Translations under genes and position numbers: made by a program
DNA from: a virus
Lineage: Duplodnaviria; Caudoviricetes
Reading direction: 5' to 3' (one strand)
Virus record (IMG/VR): IMGVR_UViG_3300027749_000208
Span: 1 to 41,642 of that record
Length of the DNA: 41,642 bases
In this document: one piece after another, positions 34,110 to 41,642 of the stretch
Layout of the letters: every line of letters begins with the position of its first letter
How positions within the stretch are numbered: position 1 is the stretch's first letter
Notes under the pieces: generated by a model
The model's database searches: none
Told to the model about the DNA's origin: nothing
Seen by the model: only the letters and a program-made list of their open reading frames with translations

Positions 34110-35585
34110 TTATACTGCGCTATTTGCTTTAAGTGATGCTGACCCAATGCCAGTGTTACCACCAAAGCGTGCTACTTCACGCGCTGCACGGCGTTGTGAG
34201 TCAAGAATTGTTGCTTGGTCTTTACCAAGGATTGCGGTGACTGCATCAAGGTCATTGTATTGAGCACCTTCAATGGCAGATAAAGAGCCTTGGCTATTTG
34301 CAAGTTGACGAGCCTGTTGGAATGTAACATCAAGTGATTGAAGGTCCATGGTTCCTGCAGCGTTAATGAATGACTCAGCAACACCGTAACCTGCTTGTGT
34401 CTGTCCAAAGTCAAACTTAGATTTAAGAGCCTGTGCACCAATTTCAGCAGCACGAGATTGGCGCTTGATAATATCAAGGCCAACTGTTGGATTAAGAAGG
34501 TATGTAATTGCTGCTGACTTATCTACACCATAGTAGAGATTAAGTTCTGCAAGAACATCAGGGTTCTTTTCAACATCTTGTGATGCAATGGCTACTCTAT
34601 CTTCAAACTCTTTAGGTGAAGTTAAGCCACCAATGTACTTACCCATTTCAGCAGTAGTACCAAAGATATTCTTGTCAATGCCATAGTACTGCAAGGTTTG
34701 CAAGAAACCCTTTTCCATGTTGATATATGTGCCTTCGTCAACTGCTTTACCAGCAGCGCGTAGAGCATCCATACCAGGAAAGCGTGCTTTGTAAGCAGGG
34801 CTTTTGATTAACTCTAAATACATCTGTGCTTTTGTGTAATCGTTTTTGATTAAACTATCTAATTCATCAACTAAATCCTGAGGTAGGCCAAGGCCCTTCA
34901 TGGTATTGGCATACTCAACATTGGCTGCAAGTCGTCCTTGTTTTGCTATGTCAGCAGCAGTCTCTGCTGCAACGTCAACAATGACACCGTTCCTATATGT
35001 TGAACCAAACATGCTTCCACTAAATGGTTTGCCATCTTGAGTAAATGGGTCAGCAACTGTACCGCTACCACCAAAGTTGCCAGCAGTAGAATTGGCTGGG
35101 TTTCCAACTTTGACTATTCCATTGGTATAAGTCTGTCCGTTGTATACGCCAGTAAAAGGTGCACCATTAAATTGAAGTACTCCACCTACGGTTTTGTAAC
35201 CAGTAGTATCTGTTGCACCTGTAACAGCAGTGCCTCCGCCACGAGAACCTGATACAAAATCAGGATTTTTTTCAGTAACAGTAGAAACCTTTTCTCCACC
35301 CTTACCGTCAGCAGTTACTGCTCGGCGTAGTGTTCCAGTTGTAGCAGTATTGTTTTGGTAATCCCAACGGACAAATGTTCCTGCTGCAGGAAATGTAACC
35401 GCAGCCTTTGTGACTACAGGCACAGCAGTGCTTACTACAGTACCTGCGGTTGCTGCACGCAATCGTGCATCCATTTGAGAATCAGTAAGTGCTGGTGCCT
35501 TAGTTACCACTACTGGTGCTGCAACTACATCTAGTGCTGCAAGTGATGACATTCCTCCGCCATCGGCACTTGTATATTCTCTCAT
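34110..35585 (-). CDS. Internal virion protein (putative)
   Basis: 491 aa; Thr/Gly-rich N-half and helical C-half; in the run of coupled genes before scaffold. Confidence 0.6.
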   Translation of the reverse strand: MREYTSADGGGMSSLAALDVVAAPVVVTKAPALTDSQMDARLRAATAGTVVSTAVPVVTKAAVTFPAAGTFVRWDYQNNTATTGTLRRAVTADGKGGEKVSTVTEKNPDFVSGSRGGGTAVTGATDTTGYKTVGGVLQFNGAPFTGVYNGQTYTNGIVKVGNPANSTAGNFGGSGTVADPFTQDGKPFSGSMFGSTYRNGVIVDVAAETAADIAKQGRLAANVEYANTMKGLGLPQDLVDELDSLIKNDYTKAQMYLELIKSPAYKARFPGMDALRAAGKAVDEGTYINMEKGFLQTLQYYGIDKNIFGTTAEMGKYIGGLTSPKEFEDRVAIASQDVEKNPDVLAELNLYYGVDKSAAITYLLNPTVGLDIIKRQSRAAEIGAQALKSKFDFGQTQAGYGVAESFINAAGTMDLQSLDVTFQQARQLANSQGSLSAIEGAQYNDLDAVTAILGKDQATILDSQRRAAREVARFGGNTGIGSASLKANSAV

Positions 35586-37042
35586 TAGCCCACCATTCCA
35601 AACATCTTAGCCATGTCCAGTGCATTTGTGCTATAGACTTCTTTAGCATTGCGTGTCTGTTGCCATAGTGGGTCTGATTTAACTTCTTTAGTAAAGTCTG
35701 CAAAGGTACGAGCAGCACCTGTAGTTGTATCAATAGTCTTTTTCATTAAGTCATTCCAAGAAACATTGCTTTCATCTACTTCAAGTAGACTAGCCATCTG
35801 TCCTCGGTATGCACGAGTTGCCTCATAGAGTGTGCGCCCTGAATCAAGTGCAGTTTTAAATGCAACATTGTTAGGGTTTTCAATCGCCTGACGGCGCATC
35901 TCTGCAATGTAATAGTTTGCATCTTTAGAATCTGTTGGGTCAAGCAGAGAGTTGTTAATTATCTTCTCATAGGCGGGTGTAAGAGTTACGCCATAGGCAT
36001 AGGCAGTATCACGAATCTTAGATAGTGAACTACCAATCTCGCCACCACCAGTAAAGACAATAGGTGCCTGTCCAGCAAGATAATCTTTAAGTTGGTTATC
36101 ATCCCAGCCGTTCTTGACGGCTTCCTGTGCGATACCACTGACATAGCCAGTCTTATCAAATGCTTTGCCTGTTATAGGGTCAATGCCCTGCACGTTTAAA
36201 CCAAGTTGTTCTAAGTAACTAGATACTGAGGCAACCTTGTTACGGATTAACTCAACAGTTGTTGACTGTTTGCGTGGGTCATGTGTATCTAAATACCATG
36301 AGCGTAGGCTAGGTAGCGTTGTCTGCCACCATGATGTGCCTTCAAGTTGCATTTGGAACTGGTCTGCTGTCCAGCCTTCGGTTGATGCCTTATCAAATAA
36401 TCCATCAATCTGACTCTTTTGGTCTTTGTTATCTAAGCCAGCAAAGGTTGAGCGTAGGTAGTCAACATACATTGTTTTAAGTGCTAATTCTTTTGCGGTA
36501 ACTGCAGCATCTGCAACGCCTTTTGCTTTTGCTGCTTTATCAGATGTTGCTTTTGCTGCTGCTGTTTTTGCATCGGCTGCTGCTTTGGCATCTGCTGTTG
36601 CTTTGTCAGTGGCTGCTTTTGCAGATGCTGCAGCAGCATCTGCTGCTGCTTTGGTCTCTGCTGGTGTCGTTGTCATTGCAGAAGGGCGTACATAAGTACC
36701 CTGCTCATAAGCAGGTGTACCTGGAGCAAGGCTTTCACCCATTGGGCCATACTTAGGAGCAGGCTGTCCAGTTAAATCTTCTTTGCGCTTTGCTGCTTCT
36801 GCTGCAGATTTTGTATCTGTCGCAGTTTTTGCTTTTGCTTTATTGGTAGCATCGGTCTTTTTGATTGCATCAATTTGATTTTGATAATCTACAAGAAGGG
36901 CTTTGGCAGCATCATATTTCTTTTTTGTATCATTGTAGTAATCACTACCAACTTTAGAGGTTGACATTTGGTTCTGTAGTTGGGCAATAGTAATCTGCGT
37001 TGGTTGCAGTTTTTCTCTAAGTTGCGGAAGCGTAAGTGCCAT
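35585..37042 (-). CDS. Internal virion protein (putative) with Ala/Lys-rich helical segment
   Basis: 485 aa; TAATG coupling at both ends. Confidence 0.6.
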   Translation of the reverse strand: MALTLPQLREKLQPTQITIAQLQNQMSTSKVGSDYYNDTKKKYDAAKALLVDYQNQIDAIKKTDATNKAKAKTATDTKSAAEAAKRKEDLTGQPAPKYGPMGESLAPGTPAYEQGTYVRPSAMTTTPAETKAAADAAAASAKAATDKATADAKAAADAKTAAAKATSDKAAKAKGVADAAVTAKELALKTMYVDYLRSTFAGLDNKDQKSQIDGLFDKASTEGWTADQFQMQLEGTSWWQTTLPSLRSWYLDTHDPRKQSTTVELIRNKVASVSSYLEQLGLNVQGIDPITGKAFDKTGYVSGIAQEAVKNGWDDNQLKDYLAGQAPIVFTGGGEIGSSLSKIRDTAYAYGVTLTPAYEKIINNSLLDPTDSKDANYYIAEMRRQAIENPNNVAFKTALDSGRTLYEATRAYRGQMASLLEVDESNVSWNDLMKKTIDTTTGAARTFADFTKEVKSDPLWQQTRNAKEVYSTNALDMAKMFGMVG

Positions 37043-37479
37043 TATTTTGCCTGCGCTTTTCTAACATCGGCTGCAACAGACTGATAGATAACATCAAGAT
37101 ATTTATTATCTTGCTTTATCTTATACTCTGGTGATGCAGTAATTGAATTGGTAAGGGCTTGTTGGCGACCATACATGCTTGTATCTTGTGACTGGCCCAT
37201 GATGAGATTGATTGCTTTTGAGTAATCGTTACCTGTGGCATTACGCCCAAGCATCTGTTGGTAAACAGTCTGTACTGCATAGTCTGCTTCTTGCTTTGTA
37301 AATACAGCCCCAGTTGTACCAGATGTTGTACCACCACCTGCTGCCTTAACTGCAGCAAATGCTGCTGCAAGGTCAAATGTTCCAGATGTCTTAGTCACTA
37401 CAGGTTTAGTTGTTACCGCTGGCGCTTTAACAGTGGTGTCACCCATTGCTGCTGCGCCTTTTTCTATAGGACTTGTCAT
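37042..37479 (-). CDS. Small internal virion protein (putative)
   Basis: 145 aa; YQQMLGR.A motif; coupled to neighbours. Confidence 0.6.
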   Translation of the reverse strand: MTSPIEKGAAAMGDTTVKAPAVTTKPVVTKTSGTFDLAAAFAAVKAAGGGTTSGTTGAVFTKQEADYAVQTVYQQMLGRNATGNDYSKAINLIMGQSQDTSMYGRQQALTNSITASPEYKIKQDNKYLDVIYQSVAADVRKAQAK

Positions 37480-40400
37480 TAGAGCACCACCGAATCATTT
37501 GCGAAGTAACGGTTAATAAATTGTTCAAACTCTGGACTACCATTGGTTAGTTCGTCCACAAACATTTTGTAAACTTGAGCAACATCTGTATTGCTTTTAG
37601 CACTTAGGCTTCCTGAGCCACCAGCGTTATTGCGCTCTGCAAGAATTGCAGCAAATTGTTTGCGACCATCAAGATAAGCAAGTGCTTGCTTGACAACTGC
37701 ACGGTCACCGTTCTGAGCCATCCACTTTTTGTCTTTAAAGACATTATCAAGGATTACTGCACGGCGCTCATACTTTGCTCTATCTGGGGAAGCATAGGCT
37801 GAGTACCAGTCAAGATTATCTTTCTTCATCTGGTCCAACCAGACAGATTTAATCTGCTTAATGATTCCAGCGTTAGGGTCATTGGCATCTGTGACACCAT
37901 TTTGCTTTTGGTATGCACTGATTTGACCCATTACATCTTGATACTGTGTCCACCCACGCTTGACGTTGGCTTCAATAAGGAGTTCGTTGGCTGTACGATT
38001 CTGACGGTATGTGCTACCACTGCCAGGTGTTGCACCATGCTTGTACTGCCATTGATAGGCAGCCTGTGAGAATGTGTATTGGTTATCACCATCATTAGCA
38101 AGGAAGCCTAGAAGTTCGCTATCACCTGAACTCTGAGCCATAGCCATAATGTTGCTAAACTTCTTAAGGTTACGCACAGTCTGAACGCTTGGCTCTAATC
38201 CGCCTTGGTTCTTTGACTGACTAATTGTAGCCTCAAAGAAATCTGGATACATTTGAAGAAACTTAGCATCTGCCATTCCAAGTACACGTTCACCAGTTTG
38301 TGGGTCGCGGTAGTCAGCATATTGCTGTTGGAACTGACGGTATGTTTGAGCGTAGAAGTCAACCTCAGGAGCCACGGCAAATGGTGCTGAGATAGAAGTC
38401 AAGGCACGAAGGAAGAAGAACTTATTAGTTCTATCTGTAATTTCCTGTACCGTTGGAGCGGTAGTGCGCTTGCCTTGGTTAAAGTTGTAAGTCTCATAGC
38501 GAAGCATCTGATTGTATGAGCGAACATACAAGTCATCTCTGCTCCACACAGTGCTCAAACGGCGCAGTGCGCTTGGTAGGAACAAGTCTGTTGCCTTCTG
38601 TGGCATACCCGCTGGGAAGAATACCTTGAGAGCATCTTCTAATTCAGGGCGTTCCTTAAGTATTAAGTACGCTGGAAGAACTGCGAATGGGCCAAAGCCT
38701 GGGTTACCTGGCTGGCCCTGTGTCACAACATCAAGGCTGTTTAGCGGAATGTTAATGTTCTTAAATGAATCTTGAACAATACCTTGCCATGACTTAGGCA
38801 GTGTGTCAATGAATCCTTGAGGTACACGCACTACAAGGTTAGCCATCTTGCCACCTTGTAACTGGTTTGCATCTGTGATGCGGTTACCATCTTGGTCAAT
38901 GATTGTTTGACCATGTACAACCTGTGCGATTGTACGGCCTGCTGTTGCGATAAGCGATGGGTCCTCCATCGCCATACCACCCCAACGGCGGATAGTGTTT
39001 TCGTAGGCTGCGTAAAAAGGAAAGAGTAGTTTAACTACACGGCTAGATGATGCACCACTACGGCGAACAATAGTGAACAAAGTCTTTTCAACTTCTTGGC
39101 GTGAAGTCTCACGGGCGTGAGTTACTGCACGGTTAAGTTCGTTAGCAGTAAGTCTTTCTTCACCCTTGACACGAGAAATAGCAGCGATGTTAAGTTTAAG
39201 TTGTTTGTCATACATGGCTGATGCCAATGGGTGACGAGCAAATACATCTTCTGGTAGTGAACCAAGGAAGCGCATAACACGGCGATTAACAGTGTCAATG
39301 ATACGCTCTTGGTCTTTGTATTCTTTAGATGTTACAACAAGTAAACCGTTAAGTGGTGTCAACTTCTCGGGAGCAGAGGCAAAGCGTTCTGTTAGGAACT
39401 GTTGAATCTGTCCACCTGAAAGTGGCTTGCCATCTTCTTTACCAGTACTAAGAATTACTGCTGTCTCATTATCTGGAATATAAGCCCTGACTCCACCACG
39501 AGTAATGTTTATCTTTTCAAGTAACTTCTCATCCATTTCACCGCTTGTTACTTTGTGGAAACCAAAGTACTTGCCAGGTTGAGTGTATGTTGAGTTAGCA
39601 TAGATGCTACCTTCGCGGGTATGAAACCACTCAAGGATTTTCTTGTCAGACTCGTTATCAAGAATCCTACGAACAACATCATCCATAACGCCTGTCTCAG
39701 GGTCGCGGAAGTGCATATTAAGAATGTTTGCCCAGCCTTCAAAGTAGCGTGGGTCAGTAGGCTGAATTAGGCGAACGCTGCGTGAGCCAATTCCTGTAAG
39801 GAAAGCCATCTCCTGATTAGATACTTGGTTGTTCCAAGTCTGCTCAGCAGAAGTACGCCCAAAGAACCATGATGCATCTTGATATGCCTTAGGTAATTCA
39901 TAGGACTGTCCACCAGCAGTAATTTGATGATAACCGTAACCAACGCGTTGTTTAACAGCATTAGTTTCTGCTACATCAATACGAGCACCAAGGCGAGTAA
40001 CTGCATCATCAAGTGCTGCAAGAGATGCAGCCTTGCTACGAGCAATGTTTGCAGCAGCATCTTCGATACCGTTGTTAATCATTGACTGTAAACCATCTTG
40101 TAGATAGTAAGGTGATATAGCGTTATCTCTAATGCCTGAGCGAGCACGCTTCTTGGAAGCACGGCTTGCAAGACGGCGTTCTGCTGGATTCATATTGGCA
40201 GCCTCAAAATCAACTGCAACATCTGCCATAGCCTGAGGCAATACACCTTCTTGAACTGACTTAAGGTATTGCTTTACCTGACGTTCACGGCCTGCTGAGC
40301 CAATAGCGCCAGGAAGAATAATGTGGCTTTGTCCAGCAGCACGCTTGTCATCTGAAACAACAAGACTTCCGTAGCCATTTTCTTTTGCCCAACGGCTAAC

Positions 40401-41642
40401 CGTATCGTCTGGGTTCTGCCAACCTTTTGTTTTAAGCCATGTATTAAAGTTGGAAGATTTGTCAGCAAATGCTTCTGTCTTAAGTTCTTCTGGCAAGTTG
40501 CGCCATGAACCAACAATATCTGCTGGTGTCATATCGCTTTTGCCTGCAGCAAACTCTGCTTGTGATTTCTTGGTAAGGGTTAAAGCCTTGCCATAAGAAC
40601 GAACCTGTGCTGTCTTACCTTCGTTGTAGCCAACGCGAAAGACTGGGCGGTGAGTCATGTTCTTGAAAAGTAATGTTTCTTCTTCGCCATTTTCGGCAGC
40701 AAGTACAAGGGTTTCAAAGTCAATAGCCTTGACTTTTTGCCAAGAGGCACCCTTCTTAATTTCAACTTTCTTACCTGCATTAACTGCATCAATCATATCT
40801 GATTGGAGTTTAATCATGGCTTCATTTTTAATATCAGTACGCTTAAGAGATACTTTTTGTTCTGGAAGTATTGCTTCAAGTTTTACAAGACGACCTTGAA
40901 CTGGCTTGCGGTCACGACTTTCAATACCTGGAGCAACGCCAATTTCTGAATCTTGTATTGAAACAACTTTAAACTTTACACCTGCTGGAAGTAGGACTTC
41001 TTGTTCTGAACCAACGCTAGTTGCTGTTTGGTCAATATTAAAGCCCTTATATGTTGCTTCAATATCTAAACCAGGGTGACCTTTCGGTACCTTGATTTCA
41101 AAAAGCGTTGGTTTAAATCCCCCGCTAGCACCAACAAATGCACTACTACTTGCAACATTTATATCTTTGCTTGTAGAAGTAAAGCCCTTTTCAGAAATTA
41201 CTTGTCCAACAGTTAAGTTTTCGTATGGCGTACCAGAGGCGGTAATGCCACGATAAACCGTTGTATTCTTATTAACAGTACTGCGTTGAACTGTGCGTTT
41301 TAATCCAGCAACCCATTCTTCGCCTTGCTTGTTTAAACCTTCTGGTAAGTAATCTTCATTAAAATAAAAACCACGAAGTTGTGACTGCTCAATACCAGCA
41401 ACACCAGTCACCCATGGGCGTACATACTTACTAAAATCTGCTTTTGGCATTTGTGCTACAACACCTGGAGTACCAATTTCGGCTCCTGGGGCAAGAGATG
41501 GCTTATCACCAATATGACCTGGGCGACCAGATGGAGTCTCAATGTACTGTTCTACTGAGTGGAATGTGCCACCCTTGGCGTAACGGTCAGCGATTGACTT
41601 AACCCCAGATGTAGAAAGAGAACGAGCCTCGTTAATGTCAAA
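37479..41642 (-). CDS. Giant internal virion protein, C-terminal part with cassette allele B (R-S-E ADP-ribosyltransferase domain at ~40950-41400); open to the right end (~2143 aa on the circle)
   Basis: Frame is open from 41642 (checked 41451-41516 manually; the rest equals 779-905). ART motifs TVYRG, GFTSTS, LFEI..P.G, EQEVLLP.G.KFKV. Confidence 0.88.
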   Translation of the reverse strand, partial: FDINEARSLSTSGVKSIADRYAKGGTFHSVEQYIETPSGRPGHIGDKPSLAPGAEIGTPGVVAQMPKADFSKYVRPWVTGVAGIEQSQLRGFYFNEDYLPEGLNKQGEEWVAGLKRTVQRSTVNKNTTVYRGITASGTPYENLTVGQVISEKGFTSTSKDINVASSSAFVGASGGFKPTLFEIKVPKGHPGLDIEATYKGFNIDQTATSVGSEQEVLLPAGVKFKVVSIQDSEIGVAPGIESRDRKPVQGRLVKLEAILPEQKVSLKRTDIKNEAMIKLQSDMIDAVNAGKKVEIKKGASWQKVKAIDFETLVLAAENGEEETLLFKNMTHRPVFRVGYNEGKTAQVRSYGKALTLTKKSQAEFAAGKSDMTPADIVGSWRNLPEELKTEAFADKSSNFNTWLKTKGWQNPDDTVSRWAKENGYGSLVVSDDKRAAGQSHIILPGAIGSAGRERQVKQYLKSVQEGVLPQAMADVAVDFEAANMNPAERRLASRASKKRARSGIRDNAISPYYLQDGLQSMINNGIEDAAANIARSKAASLAALDDAVTRLGARIDVAETNAVKQRVGYGYHQITAGGQSYELPKAYQDASWFFGRTSAEQTWNNQVSNQEMAFLTGIGSRSVRLIQPTDPRYFEGWANILNMHFRDPETGVMDDVVRRILDNESDKKILEWFHTREGSIYANSTYTQPGKYFGFHKVTSGEMDEKLLEKINITRGGVRAYIPDNETAVILSTGKEDGKPLSGGQIQQFLTERFASAPEKLTPLNGLLVVTSKEYKDQERIIDTVNRRVMRFLGSLPEDVFARHPLASAMYDKQLKLNIAAISRVKGEERLTANELNRAVTHARETSRQEVEKTLFTIVRRSGASSSRVVKLLFPFYAAYENTIRRWGGMAMEDPSLIATAGRTIAQVVHGQTIIDQDGNRITDANQLQGGKMANLVVRVPQGFIDTLPKSWQGIVQDSFKNINIPLNSLDVVTQGQPGNPGFGPFAVLPAYLILKERPELEDALKVFFPAGMPQKATDLFLPSALRRLSTVWSRDDLYVRSYNQMLRYETYNFNQGKRTTAPTVQEITDRTNKFFFLRALTSISAPFAVAPEVDFYAQTYRQFQQQYADYRDPQTGERVLGMADAKFLQMYPDFFEATISQSKNQGGLEPSVQTVRNLKKFSNIMAMAQSSGDSELLGFLANDGDNQYTFSQAAYQWQYKHGATPGSGSTYRQNRTANELLIEANVKRGWTQYQDVMGQISAYQKQNGVTDANDPNAGIIKQIKSVWLDQMKKDNLDWYSAYASPDRAKYERRAVILDNVFKDKKWMAQNGDRAVVKQALAYLDGRKQFAAILAERNNAGGSGSLSAKSNTDVAQVYKMFVDELTNGSPEFEQFINRYFANDSVVL

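Noticed and set aside
41448-41450. ATG at 41450 as the start of a standalone 1323-aa protein
   Set aside because: The frame stays open to the window end and joins the gene starting at 3173; no SD precedes it.
1-41642. Prophage or temperate lifestyle
   Set aside because: No integrase, repressor, partition genes or host flanks were recognised, and the sequence closes on itself.

Overview
The window looks like an essentially complete ~40.6-40.7 kb circular or circularly permuted genome of a lytic, podovirus-like phage. An actinobacterial host is inferred from WhiB, a sigma-factor-like protein, an actinobacterial SLT transglycosylase and a split primase. Modules: terminase and portal (3.9-7.6 kb, -); a non-coding putative genome-end/control region (7.6-8.46 kb); an early + strand operon (dead SprT-like protein, amidoligase, class II glutamine amidotransferase, SLT, WhiB); replication and modification genes (13.4-22.1 kb; no DNA polymerase or integrase recognised); lysis; tail and fibre modules; capsid; and four internal virion genes. 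Three signals stand out. (1) The palindrome GTTTAAAC occurs about 37 times by hand count (under 1 expected), every ~200-450 bp through the early region and decaying along the genome. (2) The two contig ends are two in-frame alleles of one slot in a ~2,100-aa virion protein: one carries an R-S-E ADP-ribosyltransferase, the other an unrelated domain. (3) A candidate two-hairpin small RNA at 13.26-13.35 kb has loops complementary to the AGGACTGG ribosome-binding motif of early genes and to two elements of the structured scaffold/capsid leader. All calls come from motif recognition by eye; no searches were run.
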